The translations under genes were made by a program, and so were the position numbers. A stretch of 64,000 bases of DNA, taken from IMG/VR virus record IMGVR_UViG_3300011008_000021, positions 1 to 64,000 of that record; one strand, given 5' to 3'. How positions within the stretch are numbered: position 1 is the first letter of the stretch; each line of letters starts with the position of its first letter. The notes beneath the pieces were generated by a model. That model made no database searches. It had not been told where the DNA came from and was given only the letters and a program-made list of their open reading frames with translations. Positions 37,782 to 48,509 of the stretch are shown one piece after another. Source of the stretch: a virus (Duplodnaviria > Caudoviricetes).

Positions 37782-40736
37782 TTAAAATTTTACTCCAAAT
37801 GGATCATAAGCTGTATTTCCACCTGGAAAACCTATGAACTTATATTTAGATCCCATAGTGTTATAAACTATTGTAACATTAGGAATCCAAATAGAAGAAT
37901 TATTTTTATTCTTTATTGTTGCTTTATCTGATATAACTGTATCATAAACAAGCAATTCTTTTATATCAGATACTGAATCATGCTCATTTGCGTTAGTCCA
38001 TCTATTCCCATTAACAATTATATCTTTAACTAAATCAAAATGTTCTTTAGTTAAGGTATAACCATCGATGTCGGCACCAATGTAAGCTGAATTTTTTACA
38101 AATTTCTTTGTTCTGGAAGCAAACCAACTACTATTAATAAAATCGTAAGGATTTGAATAAGATTTACTTTCATCTGTTAAATTAGCGATCAGTGATGCTT
38201 CCCAAGCTACACCAACCATTCCAGATCCTTGTTCCGCAATACATCCAGCAGCTATTCCTAAAATCTGAGAATCTGATACTTGATAAGATCTTCCTTTTGA
38301 TTTATTATTAGCATAAGAAGTAGAAGAATTTAAACCATAATTAACTGAATCATTTGATAACATGTCATCAGTGGTTGGGAAAATCTGTCCAGTATATCCT
38401 TCAAGATTATATGTATCATAATTTCTAGCACTTGAATATTTGGTAGTTACTTCGTCATAGCTTGGTAAAGTTGAATTCGAATTACCTGTTCGAGTAACAT
38501 TAACAGCAACTGGAAGATTAGAGGTAACTTGCGTTTTAGTTTTTACAATGTAATCATTGTCTCCAGCAATTCTTAATAATGATAGTTTGGTTCTATATCC
38601 ACTACCATCAATAGTATCAACTTGCTTTGTTATTACATACAACCCACTTGAAATATGACGCTGTCCAAAAAACAAAGCATTAACTCTAAGATATGTCATA
38701 AGCATTGCTGGTCTAACTAATCCTTTAATTCCTAATTCTGCATTAATAGGAAATTGAGTCATCTTAGTCCACCAAGTTTTTTGAGCTTCAGTCATTTCTT
38801 TATTCTTGGTTGAAGTTGCAACTGCTGGTGAATATTTTGTTATTAATTGACCTTCATTATTAATTGAGTAAGCATATTCAGTATTATTTATTTTTTCTGA
38901 ATAATTATATAAGAGTGCCCACGAACTATTATTAACAATATTAAAACTTGTTACGAGATTATCAGTTGGGTATCCAATATCTACTTCATATGTGTCTGCT
39001 GTTGCAAGTGTCTTAGTTGTACTGCTAACCTTAGTTACCCTAAAATATGGTCCGTTTAATTCATTTTCTCCAAAAACATCATCATGAATTGTAAGATAAT
39101 AAGCGGAATCTTTCAATGGACTTTCAGGGTCACTTGTATTAGAACACATGCATGTAACAAGATAATTTAAATATGATAGAGCATCCATTCCTTGTTTAGC
39201 TTCAATTTTAACAGATCTATCATCTGTTGCAATTAAGTTCAACATCCTTACTCTTGTCATATTTGACATTCCAGTAAATATATCTTGCAATCCATATTGA
39301 CTATCTTGTAACATTTGATAAATAACATCGGATGGTTTAGCAACTCTTTCTGGAAATGGAAAATATCCACTTGCTAGAACTAATGAATTACTTGTACATT
39401 TTAATGTATATGTAATTCTTGAATTTGAAAAATCTACACTCTCTGCTAAATCAGTAATAATTGCTTCTTCTTCTTTATATACAAAAGTTGGCGAAGACCA
39501 GTCACCGTAACTTATTTTAACAGCACCATAACCTACTGTACTGAATATTCTATCTAATAGATTTGGATCATCTCCAGCTTGTATTTGATAAATAAGATTT
39601 ATTGTATATTGATTAACTTGACCGTTGATCTTCTCTACAGTCATTGATTGAATGTAATTTGGATAATTTACATTAAGTCTTGTATCAATGAGTTGTTTTG
39701 AATATGTTCCAAATTTATAATCACCTACAGTTAAGATAATATATGGAGATTCAACTAAACTTGGATAACTTAATAGGTTTGCAGATCTTACTCTATCTAA
39801 ATTAGTTTCATCAACAGTTCTAATCTCATCACGTTCAATTTCTGTTGTAACTGTCTGATATGCTAATTCAAATGTGGCATCTAAAAATCCACCATTAAAA
39901 TGTTCTCCGATAGCCGATAGTACAGATGGGATATCTGTAAGTGCTTTGCCAAAGGCGTTAGCAGAATCAATAAATTCTTGAATTGGAGCAATTAATCCAC
40001 TAAAAGCTCCGCCGATAGCAGATCCAATACCTCCTAATGTATCAGTAACACCATTCCATATAGTAGATGCTGCTCCTTTTATATTTTGTGCTAAACCTTC
40101 AACTGAAAAACCTTCTGCAATACTATCAGACTCTAAAACACTTCCACCTGTATAAGGTGTTAAAGATCCAGTTCCAGTATATTTAGGTCTTCCAAACCAA
40201 GAAATATTTCCATTCTCATCTTTATGTGGTGTAGAAACTGTTATTCTATGACTCTTTGTATAAACTCCATCTCCATTCCAGTCTGAACCGGAACTTCCTT
40301 GTGGTGAGGTGTTTCCTTCTATTGTATTTATCGCAATAGTAGATCTATCAGAACTAAGAGACGCACTAATGATAATTCCAACATGACCTCCACCAGATCT
40401 TTTTCTCCACCAGATATCTCCTGGTTGAGGACTATCAACTATCTGACCAGCATTCTGGAAAGAGTCTTTCTGAGACATGGTTGATGATGTAGTTGAATTA
40501 TTACATAAAAGATAGGATGCACCTTCTTTTCCATAAGCTTGAATAAAACACCAATCAACAAAAGTTTGACACCATGCATCACCAAAAGAATGACCCATAT
40601 CTCTATGATATTTGGTATAATTACCACTTCCAGTATTAGCATGTTTATCATCAAGTTGTGAATTAGAAGATTTTTCTTGATATCCAACTTCACCTTGTGC
40701 AACTGTTAGAACTGACTGTACTAAATATTGAGCCAT
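37782..40736 (-). CDS. baseplate hub protein fused to an N-terminal CHAP amidase and a possible C-terminal cell-wall hydrolase
   Basis: WCQTFV, PQPGD, GHVGII, TIEGN (CHAP); gp27/GpD-like SGLYVITKQVDTIDGSGYRTKLSL. Confidence 0.75.
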   Translation of the reverse strand: MAQYLVQSVLTVAQGEVGYQEKSSNSQLDDKHANTGSGNYTKYHRDMGHSFGDAWCQTFVDWCFIQAYGKEGASYLLCNNSTTSSTMSQKDSFQNAGQIVDSPQPGDIWWRKRSGGGHVGIIISASLSSDRSTIAINTIEGNTSPQGSSGSDWNGDGVYTKSHRITVSTPHKDENGNISWFGRPKYTGTGSLTPYTGGSVLESDSIAEGFSVEGLAQNIKGAASTIWNGVTDTLGGIGSAIGGAFSGLIAPIQEFIDSANAFGKALTDIPSVLSAIGEHFNGGFLDATFELAYQTVTTEIERDEIRTVDETNLDRVRSANLLSYPSLVESPYIILTVGDYKFGTYSKQLIDTRLNVNYPNYIQSMTVEKINGQVNQYTINLIYQIQAGDDPNLLDRIFSTVGYGAVKISYGDWSSPTFVYKEEEAIITDLAESVDFSNSRITYTLKCTSNSLVLASGYFPFPERVAKPSDVIYQMLQDSQYGLQDIFTGMSNMTRVRMLNLIATDDRSVKIEAKQGMDALSYLNYLVTCMCSNTSDPESPLKDSAYYLTIHDDVFGENELNGPYFRVTKVSSTTKTLATADTYEVDIGYPTDNLVTSFNIVNNSSWALLYNYSEKINNTEYAYSINNEGQLITKYSPAVATSTKNKEMTEAQKTWWTKMTQFPINAELGIKGLVRPAMLMTYLRVNALFFGQRHISSGLYVITKQVDTIDGSGYRTKLSLLRIAGDNDYIVKTKTQVTSNLPVAVNVTRTGNSNSTLPSYDEVTTKYSSARNYDTYNLEGYTGQIFPTTDDMLSNDSVNYGLNSSTSYANNKSKGRSYQVSDSQILGIAAGCIAEQGSGMVGVAWEASLIANLTDESKSYSNPYDFINSSWFASRTKKFVKNSAYIGADIDGYTLTKEHFDLVKDIIVNGNRWTNANEHDSVSDIKELLVYDTVISDKATIKNKNNSSIWIPNVTIVYNTMGSKYKFIGFPGGNTAYDPFGVKF

Positions 40737-40738
40737 TT

Positions 40739-41056
40739 TTATTCCTTATAATCTATCAATGAAAGTATTGGTAACTTTATATAACTACCTACTCTTAATT
40801 CTTTAAATGGATCTTGAATTCTATTAAAATCACAAATTACCCAATAATAAGTAGGATCGTTATAACAATCTAACGCAATACTATCAATCGTATCATTTTT
40901 CTTAATTCTATATAATTGATATGCGGTGTTATTCTTAAGATGATTTGTTGTACCATACATATATTTATTATCCAAAGTATTATAATAAAATGGAAAATTC
41001 GCATATCTACTTAATCTATTATATGCTCTTAATTGTTTATCTTTTAATACATCCAT
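40739..41056 (-). CDS. LysM-like baseplate protein (gp53/gpX-like)
   Basis: YRIKKNDTIDSIALDCYNDPTYYWVICDFNRIQDPF..IKLP. Confidence 0.8.
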   Translation of the reverse strand: MDVLKDKQLRAYNRLSRYANFPFYYNTLDNKYMYGTTNHLKNNTAYQLYRIKKNDTIDSIALDCYNDPTYYWVICDFNRIQDPFKELRVGSYIKLPILSLIDYKE

Positions 41057-41748
41057 TATCTTATACCAAACAAATCATTAATTCTATTAAGACTTGTACC
41101 TGTCAATGTTGATGATGTAGCAGGTGCCCAAGAATTTCTATCTCCAAGATCCATACTAAGTCCTCTAAAACTTCCGTATTTCATAACATCATCTGCACTG
41201 TATGGCGCAACTTCTAATAAACCAAAATCAATTGCTACTCCAGCATATTTCTTACTTGACAAAATTGGATAAGAATATGTTACACCAACATTACCATTTA
41301 CAACACCTTTAATGAAGATATCGTTACCTAATCTTAAAGAAACTAATGGAGGGTTTACCATCTTACCTGTAGTGCTATATGATGGAAGTGCTGCAGCCTG
41401 AATTTCTCTTGCCATTATATCAACATAATCATCTCCGTCTTCTCCTGATATTGGAAGATTACTCTGCTTATAATTTAACTGCCACATCATATCTCTATGA
41501 AGATCAAAATGAACCTGAACAGTTCTTGGTCCTGAATTTTGATATGAATAAATTGGAGCTGACCTTGATAATGGTGTTGATTGTGCAAAAGATATTGAAA
41601 TAGAATCATTTACACTATCTGCATATGAAGGAAGTAAAATTAGAACACCATTTGTTCCTTTTATGTTTTTAACATGATGTAAAAATATATAACATTCAGG
41701 ATCGGGTAATAAATAATTATGATTTACTGCATATGTTTCATTTGCCAT
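41056..41748 (-). CDS. tail tube initiator / baseplate protein
   Basis: RSAPIYSYQNSGPRTV..F, PPLVSLRLG..IKGV. Confidence 0.6.
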   Translation of the reverse strand: MANETYAVNHNYLLPDPECYIFLHHVKNIKGTNGVLILLPSYADSVNDSISISFAQSTPLSRSAPIYSYQNSGPRTVQVHFDLHRDMMWQLNYKQSNLPISGEDGDDYVDIMAREIQAAALPSYSTTGKMVNPPLVSLRLGNDIFIKGVVNGNVGVTYSYPILSSKKYAGVAIDFGLLEVAPYSADDVMKYGSFRGLSMDLGDRNSWAPATSSTLTGTSLNRINDLFGIR

Positions 41749-41754
41749 ATCTTA

Positions 41755-43194
41755 TCACCTGCTATATCCATTAAATATCTGTTTCATTAATAATTTTTCT
41801 GTGTCTTTATCCACGAAACCATTTAAGTCTAAATTCTTAGTACCTTTTGCTGATGTGCTAAAATCATACAACATTGATCTTAAATAATTATTCCAAACAC
41901 CTGGAGTATAACTATCTGCATTTAAGTAAGGTAGCAATTCTTGTACTAATTCAACATTTTCATATATAACATCATGAGTATTAATAACATTCCATAAAAG
42001 ATACTCTATTAATCTATTGCTATATACGAAGTTCATTCTTGAATTAAATTGAAGTAAACTTAAATTTGAACAGAAAATTTTATTTAGTTCGTAATCGTGT
42101 AATTGCCATATTTCTGAATTATTTACAATCTTCTTACTATATGTATCTGAATACTCACCTTCTAAAATAACTATCGAAGAATTAAAAGATGAAGGTACCT
42201 GAATTAATAAACATAGATTTCTTTCATACTGTTGAAAATATGCACAATCAATTAAAGAAGAAGAAAAATTATTTCCAGTTGAGGTATTCTGAACTTCAAA
42301 TACAATAGGAGATTTAAAACTTGTTGAACTATAATTCTGAATATAATCTCCATAAGAATGAAGCACATCTGTCATTGCAATATCATCTTCAAAATCTTGT
42401 TTAAAAACAAGTGGAATTTCATTATTAAATAATGCAGGACACAACCACACCTCTGAAGGACAGTCAAGTGCTATTGTATATTTTTGATTATATTTAATCG
42501 GAACTTTTAATATTTTAAAAGTATTTGTATAATATTCTTCAAATCCATCATCAGAAATTCTAAAATTAGTAATATAATTATCACTGTACATATTATAATA
42601 TGGCATTAAATCAATACCTTTTACATCTCTTAAACATCTTAAAAATTTTCCAAGATATTCATGAGTTTCCATATCGTAATATCCAGAATTAGATTCATAG
42701 TTTTCAGTATATTTATTATAAAGTTGACCAAACTCATATGATCTTAATACTCTGTATGATGCGGTTTGATCTTGATATTCTTCGAACGAATCCTCAAGTA
42801 TTAAATTACCAGAATCATTAATATTAAAGTTATACCTTTCCATTAATACTTCATCTGTTTCTATTAAATCTCCAGGATCTTCTATACTGAAAGAATAATT
42901 CTGATACAGTTCACCCTCTTCGTTAGCTGTAGTCTGAATTAGATGCCCATCACTATTTATATTAAATCTAAAATTATCTAATATTTCACTTGTTCCATAA
43001 ATCTGAGGTTGTGTATATTTACCACCTATGTAGCCTGTCTTAGTACATTTAATTACATTGGTTTCATACACATAAATAAAACCTTCAATAATAAAAGAAC
43101 CGATATGAACAGTATTACATATAGGTAGATATGTATTCTTAAGTAAATTTTTTATAAATTTACTCATTATTGAATTATTAAAATATTTCTGCAT
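41755..43194 (-). CDS. hypothetical virion protein
   Basis: Between tape measure and baseplate genes; three short F.I...G.LI repeats. Confidence 0.55.
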   Translation of the reverse strand: MQKYFNNSIMSKFIKNLLKNTYLPICNTVHIGSFIIEGFIYVYETNVIKCTKTGYIGGKYTQPQIYGTSEILDNFRFNINSDGHLIQTTANEEGELYQNYSFSIEDPGDLIETDEVLMERYNFNINDSGNLILEDSFEEYQDQTASYRVLRSYEFGQLYNKYTENYESNSGYYDMETHEYLGKFLRCLRDVKGIDLMPYYNMYSDNYITNFRISDDGFEEYYTNTFKILKVPIKYNQKYTIALDCPSEVWLCPALFNNEIPLVFKQDFEDDIAMTDVLHSYGDYIQNYSSTSFKSPIVFEVQNTSTGNNFSSSLIDCAYFQQYERNLCLLIQVPSSFNSSIVILEGEYSDTYSKKIVNNSEIWQLHDYELNKIFCSNLSLLQFNSRMNFVYSNRLIEYLLWNVINTHDVIYENVELVQELLPYLNADSYTPGVWNNYLRSMLYDFSTSAKGTKNLDLNGFVDKDTEKLLMKQIFNGYSR

Positions 43195-45884
43195 TATGCA
43201 TTCCTCATACTACTCATACCAGAAAAAACATCACCACTGACTGAAACATCCATAGTTGAGTAAACTCTGTCTCTAATAGATTCAAGAGTTGCAATATGTA
43301 GATCAAGCTGACCTTGTTCCTCTACTTTTGCTAGAGACACTCTAATTGGAGTTGTCTGTTTTTCAAATAACTCTGAATACAAATCATTTATATCTCTTGA
43401 AAGTACATTTTCTTGAGACATAACATTCTGAGCAGTTGCTGATTGATATTCATCTTGTTGTTGGAAAGTGGTTAAATTAGCATCAGAAGCTGTAGTAGAG
43501 ATAATATCTGAATCAACATTATCTAATCCAAGAACTTCGAAACTTCTTGCACGACCACCGTGAACTCCTCCACCAACACTATTATAAACAGTTGAGGCTC
43601 CTCCATCGTGTCCTTCATAAACGCTTGAATCAATATCGTCTACTGATAGACCAACAAAATAATCCTCTTCCTCTTCTGGGAAGACATTTTCTAATCTGTA
43701 AAGATTAGAAGATTCTGACATTCCATATTGAACATCTTCTGTGGTATTTGAAGAGGAAACATTTGAATATGATGATCCGCCTCTTGTAAGAACTGTTTGA
43801 TAATTTGAAAAAACATTACCAAGTGAAGAATCTCCAGACCTTAATATCTCCCAAAGATTAGCTGGAATACTGAACAAATCATCTTTAAACATTACAAGAG
43901 AAGCTACACCTGAAATTAAATTTAAAAGAGTGCTTTCTCCAAGAAACTGTTCTCCAATTCCTTTTAAGGTGCTAACCAATTTCCATGCCGCATACTTTTC
44001 TTGATCATCTGCTATACCCATAGCAAAAGAAAAAACTGCATTATCAAGTGCTGTTTGAACTTGTTCTGATAAATGATATCTTGTAGGTAATATATTAGTC
44101 ATGATATTATTTATCTCAGTTTCAGCTCCTTGTTGAGTAACAGCAGCATTATATAAATTAGAAATATCTTCCATTGTTAGATTAGTTATTGCCTTCCAAT
44201 CAGACATTTCTAAATTAAGTATATCACCCCATTGAGATTTTACAACCTGACTACTTGTATTAGTAGCAATATCTTGTAAATACTCAACCATTGATTTCAT
44301 TAATTTATTAACATCGTCTGCTACTAATCCTGTTGTCAATATATTAGAATAACTTATACCAGCTCTGTTTGCAGCTAATGCTAAAAGTGTCTGTGCCTGG
44401 GAACCATTAAGTTGATTTATATCTCCAGTACCCAATAAATTAACAGCATTAGCAATTCCAGTAATTGCATTAGAAGACATACCAACTGAATATAAAGCAC
44501 CCAACCATTTTTGAACAGCAAAAGCAAATTGAGTTGATTGATCTGTATTTAATTGTGTCGATAAAGATTCAGAAATTGCTGAATATACGGTATCATATAA
44601 TCCACTATCGTTTAAATAACTTGAATCTTTAAATACCGTATTTAATAATCTTTGCAACGCTGCTTCAGAACCCATCTGAGCCAAAGTAACATCAGCTTGT
44701 TGCAATCTTATCATTCGTGTTAATGTACTATCTAACGCATCAAATGTTGGTACTAATTTATCATTCAAAGTTAATAATAAAGCTCTTTGTTCCAGATTAT
44801 AATCAATTCCAGATTGAGTAAGTTTAACAACATTTTCAATCATTTGTTTTTGATTAATATAAGGAGAAGCCTTTATGTCACTTCTGATATTATCTACTAA
44901 TCCTGTAAATGTGTATCCTTGATCTTCAAGCCCATATAAACGTGCATTTACTTTACCAACATTTTCAACAAAGATGGATGTTGCCGAATCAACACTTTTA
45001 TTTAAACCGTCAATAATCTGTGAAGATAATCCAGCAATAGTGCTTATTGCCGAGCTAAGATAAGAAAACAATCTCATTCTAAAATCAGTATTTCCACCTG
45101 ATTTTTCAATACTTGAAACTATTTGTCTGGAAATAGGATTTAAAGATTCGTCGATTGTTTCTTTTAATCTTCTATATTGTTCTTCAGTTATTCTACCTTC
45201 GTTCTTTTCTTTATTTAAGATATATAATTGTCTTGAATACTCTTTAAGTTCTCCAGAAGACTTATTAAAATTTTCGTTGAAATCTTTTGTTGATTGAACA
45301 GGACTGGAAAACAAATTTCTTGCTTCCTTAGCTACTTCTGCTCTCCTTTTTGCAATTGAATATGATTTTTCTAATTCTTTGTTATCTTCTTCTATTCTTT
45401 GTCTTTCAGTTTCTGTAAGAGAATTACTTTCAAGAAGAAGTTTATTTTGTTGTTGAAGAAGATTTATTCTTTTTAGTTCTTCTTCAGAACCTTGTATTTT
45501 ATCTTGAATATTACGTAAACCAAATTCATGAATTTCTTGTTCTCTGTCAACAACCCGTTGAAGATTGACAATTCGTTTTCTATCCTCAACTTCTTGTTTT
45601 CTAGATTGCTCATCAACAAGATTAATTTCTTCCTGTCTTTGATTTATGATAGAATTCTGTAAATTTAATTGAGTTTGCAACAGACGATTTATTTCTTTAA
45701 ATTCATCAGAATTAGGTTCTAAAGAATTTAATCTTACTTGAAGTTTATCAATCATTTGACTAACTTCATCGAACTGTCTTTGATATTTATTTTTTATATT
45801 TCCAATATCCCTGTTCCAATTTTCCTGACGTTGCAATTGCTGCCTCGTAGAAATATCAGATAATATATCTTTACTGTAAGGCAT
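43194..45884 (-). CDS. probable tail tape measure protein
   Basis: 896 aa with a long coiled coil then Ala/Ser/Gln-rich helices; downstream of the frameshifted chaperone pair. Confidence 0.6.
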   Translation of the reverse strand: MPYSKDILSDISTRQQLQRQENWNRDIGNIKNKYQRQFDEVSQMIDKLQVRLNSLEPNSDEFKEINRLLQTQLNLQNSIINQRQEEINLVDEQSRKQEVEDRKRIVNLQRVVDREQEIHEFGLRNIQDKIQGSEEELKRINLLQQQNKLLLESNSLTETERQRIEEDNKELEKSYSIAKRRAEVAKEARNLFSSPVQSTKDFNENFNKSSGELKEYSRQLYILNKEKNEGRITEEQYRRLKETIDESLNPISRQIVSSIEKSGGNTDFRMRLFSYLSSAISTIAGLSSQIIDGLNKSVDSATSIFVENVGKVNARLYGLEDQGYTFTGLVDNIRSDIKASPYINQKQMIENVVKLTQSGIDYNLEQRALLLTLNDKLVPTFDALDSTLTRMIRLQQADVTLAQMGSEAALQRLLNTVFKDSSYLNDSGLYDTVYSAISESLSTQLNTDQSTQFAFAVQKWLGALYSVGMSSNAITGIANAVNLLGTGDINQLNGSQAQTLLALAANRAGISYSNILTTGLVADDVNKLMKSMVEYLQDIATNTSSQVVKSQWGDILNLEMSDWKAITNLTMEDISNLYNAAVTQQGAETEINNIMTNILPTRYHLSEQVQTALDNAVFSFAMGIADDQEKYAAWKLVSTLKGIGEQFLGESTLLNLISGVASLVMFKDDLFSIPANLWEILRSGDSSLGNVFSNYQTVLTRGGSSYSNVSSSNTTEDVQYGMSESSNLYRLENVFPEEEEDYFVGLSVDDIDSSVYEGHDGGASTVYNSVGGGVHGGRARSFEVLGLDNVDSDIISTTASDANLTTFQQQDEYQSATAQNVMSQENVLSRDINDLYSELFEKQTTPIRVSLAKVEEQGQLDLHIATLESIRDRVYSTMDVSVSGDVFSGMSSMRNA

Positions 45885-45894
45885 TTATAATCAC

Positions 45895-46120
45895 CTATTT
45901 CTTTTGTTGATTTCTTATCTTTTCCATCGCTTCATATTTTTTCTGCAAATCATCTCGTATAAACTGAAGAAGAAGAATTCTTTCTGTAGGAGAAATTGAA
46001 GCAGTTTCTCCGTAACTTGTATTTATATGAGTTGAAATTAGATATCTTTCCTTAACAATATCTTTAAAGCGCTCTGGGGCATAAGGTTTATTTTCAGATG
46101 TCCAGCGCGGGTCGAAAAAA
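45895..46120 (-). CDS. tail assembly chaperone C-terminal extension (GT-like, reached by frameshift)
   Basis: Overlaps the 3' end of the upstream gene at TTTTTT; ends just before the tape-measure RBS. Confidence 0.6.
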
Positions 46121-46882
46121 TTCATTAGTAATAGAAAGATTACCTTTATGTTCAAGACCACACATATCACAAATAAAATCTAATCTATTATCAATTCCAA
46201 TCATTGAATTAAGTTTGTCAGAATAATTAGCAATAATGTTAGTATCCTTCATTGGTAAATTTCTAATGAATTCTTCTAACTTTGCTTCATTTATCTTTTT
46301 ACCATCAATCTTATCAATGACGCTGCTTATAGAATATATAATTGATGCATCAAGGGTCTTGTCACCAGTCTTTCTTTTAAACTCTTTTAATCTATCTCTA
46401 ATATTATCAAGCATTTTCGGAGTTGTCATTTTCAGTGTTATCTTTTTCTTTGAAACTGGCAAGGTAACTTCTTTATATTTTTCTACTTCCTCAGAATAAT
46501 TCTTAACAACTAAATCTTCTAGATTTATCTTGCTTGATTGAGTTGTTCTACAATAAGGACAAGTTGTCTGAATTGAATATTCTGGTCCATATGTAACAAT
46601 TCTAAGTTTATATAATAAAAACTGATAGTCTCCTAAGCACATATCATAAGAAGAAATTGGAGGTCCTTGAACAATACAGTCATCAATAATAGAGCACAAA
46701 TTCTCATAAGGATGATCTGTTGGGGACAATCTTCTCATTTCTTCCGCAGTTGTCATACTGCGAAGCTGTACTCGAGAGTCTATCAGTTCCGAATAGACTT
46801 TACCTTCACTCGGTAAAGTAAAAAATTCTGCAATTGTGTAATCTTTTTGATTATTCATTCTTAACCTCTTAAAATTTATCAT
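46094..46882 (-). CDS. T4 gp26-like hub/tail assembly chaperone (start likely MNNQ at 46858)
   Basis: TLPSEGKVY, LRSMTTAEE, GDYQFLLYKLRIVTYG, CPYC, CDMC, EFFRP. Confidence 0.75.
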   Translation of the reverse strand: MINFKRLRMNNQKDYTIAEFFTLPSEGKVYSELIDSRVQLRSMTTAEEMRRLSPTDHPYENLCSIIDDCIVQGPPISSYDMCLGDYQFLLYKLRIVTYGPEYSIQTTCPYCRTTQSSKINLEDLVVKNYSEEVEKYKEVTLPVSKKKITLKMTTPKMLDNIRDRLKEFKRKTGDKTLDASIIYSISSVIDKIDGKKINEAKLEEFIRNLPMKDTNIIANYSDKLNSMIGIDNRLDFICDMCGLEHKGNLSITNEFFRPALDI

Positions 46883-46969
46883 TATACATATAAATATATA
46901 TACAATAATATCTGATATTTTATCGTTTGGTTATAAATGAAAAATCAATGAGTTATCTTAATTAATTAT

Positions 46970-47158
46970 TTAATAATATATCTTATATTTCTCTTTTTCT
47001 TTAAAATATTCTGGACACCCACAACATGATTGCTGAGTTGAAAAATCACACCCGTGTTTTTTACAAAATTCTTTCATTGGATTATAATTAGAAATTTGAT
47101 CTTTTAAATACTCAGTCTTTTCTAGAATATTCTTAATCTGGTTCATCTTGCAATTCAT
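46970..47158 (-). CDS. small Cys-rich hypothetical protein
   Basis: C...C....CCGCPE; fits the gene gap. Confidence 0.45.
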   Translation of the reverse strand: MNCKMNQIKNILEKTEYLKDQISNYNPMKEFCKKHGCDFSTQQSCCGCPEYFKEKEKYKIYY

Positions 47159-47993
47159 CCTCTAATTCATCATATAAACTATCAAAGTCAAATTCTTGCT
47201 GACCTTTTATATTTTCTGATGGCCTAAATCTATATTCATTTCCTTTTTGGAATTGTCCTCTGGTAGAGGCCCACTTATTAGCAGTACTGACAATATCATC
47301 ATCAGAATTTGTAGTAAGATCATCTGTATTAAACAAATCTTGTTGATACGGTTCTTCATATGGTTTATCATATAAAGCTGGATAAATTACAGTTGCATAT
47401 AATTGTGCATAATACTTCTCCATATAATTAATGTAATTTCTAATTACATTACCCGTTCTAATTAACCATGATGTATTAGCTAAAGCAATAGCAATATGTT
47501 TACAACCGCTACCTTTAGTATCGTTTGGATTTGTTATATTTGAAGGTCTGTCTTCTTTTTCCCCAGCAATAGCATCATTCTTTGAGAGCCAGAAAGCTTG
47601 TCTAAATTGAAAATCAGGACAAGTACATCTGACATAAACATTTTTACTATTAAATGCTTTTACCAATGCTCTTGTAATACACCTTAAATTAAGTTCATTG
47701 TTTGTTTGTTTTAGTTGTTGTCTTAACTCTTTTAAAAATCCACTAAATGATATTCTTACTATGTAATCGTCAGTTTCTCCATGAACTTCTAAATTTACAT
47801 CTAAAATATCATCTTTAAACAACTTGTTCATATCAAGTCTGTTAAGTTGATTAACAGAAGTTCCTAATTTTGAATGAACTCTTCTTTCGTATCTGTTTCT
47901 GCCACGTTGACGATTCCATGGTACATAATTATCACCACGTTTATTTTTAGCATTCATTTGAGAACGATTTACTTCATATAATATTTTTTTCAT
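47133..47993 (-). CDS. SWIM zinc-finger protein
   Basis: VRCTCPDF...GCKHI. Confidence 0.75.
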   Translation of the reverse strand: MKKILYEVNRSQMNAKNKRGDNYVPWNRQRGRNRYERRVHSKLGTSVNQLNRLDMNKLFKDDILDVNLEVHGETDDYIVRISFSGFLKELRQQLKQTNNELNLRCITRALVKAFNSKNVYVRCTCPDFQFRQAFWLSKNDAIAGEKEDRPSNITNPNDTKGSGCKHIAIALANTSWLIRTGNVIRNYINYMEKYYAQLYATVIYPALYDKPYEEPYQQDLFNTDDLTTNSDDDIVSTANKWASTRGQFQKGNEYRFRPSENIKGQQEFDFDSLYDELEDELQDEPD

Positions 47994-47995
47994 AC

Positions 47996-48502
47996 TTAAT
48001 CATCCTCAAAATAAATATCGTCTTCTTCAACTTCACAATCTTTAAATTTTGGACTCTTTTTTAAAAATAATTCAGTCTCTGGATAATCATCCTTATTATT
48101 ACGACTATTAGAAGTCCAAAAAATATATAAGGGCAATGTTCTATTCCAATTTACATCTTCCTTATTTATAATGGTGGACAATAATAAATTACCAGCTAAT
48201 TCATTACTTTGATAATACAATTCTGGGTCTGTAGTCCAATGTATCCCTACATTATTGGCATCTACACCAAATGTCTCTGGGCTTGAATAAAACATTTTCT
48301 CAGATATTGTTAAAGAACGATACACCTTCATAGGAAATTGTAATGAGTTATACCATTTTTTACAATTTTTAAAAGAATTTTCTTTTATTCTCCAAAAGGC
48401 AAGTTGAGCAGATTCCTCATCTTTATAAGAATTTAATAAAGAATTATAAGTTAATTCTTTTATATCTTGTACAGTTGGAAAACTTTCTCTTAATATTTTC
48501 AT
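47996..48502 (-). CDS. putative ADP-ribosyltransferase-fold protein
   Basis: KVYRSL, GIHWTTD and PETELFL resemble the R / S-T-S / ExE motif spacing. Confidence 0.45.
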   Translation of the reverse strand: MKILRESFPTVQDIKELTYNSLLNSYKDEESAQLAFWRIKENSFKNCKKWYNSLQFPMKVYRSLTISEKMFYSSPETFGVDANNVGIHWTTDPELYYQSNELAGNLLLSTIINKEDVNWNRTLPLYIFWTSNSRNNKDDYPETELFLKKSPKFKDCEVEEDDIYFEDD

Positions 48503-48509
48503 TTGTAAA

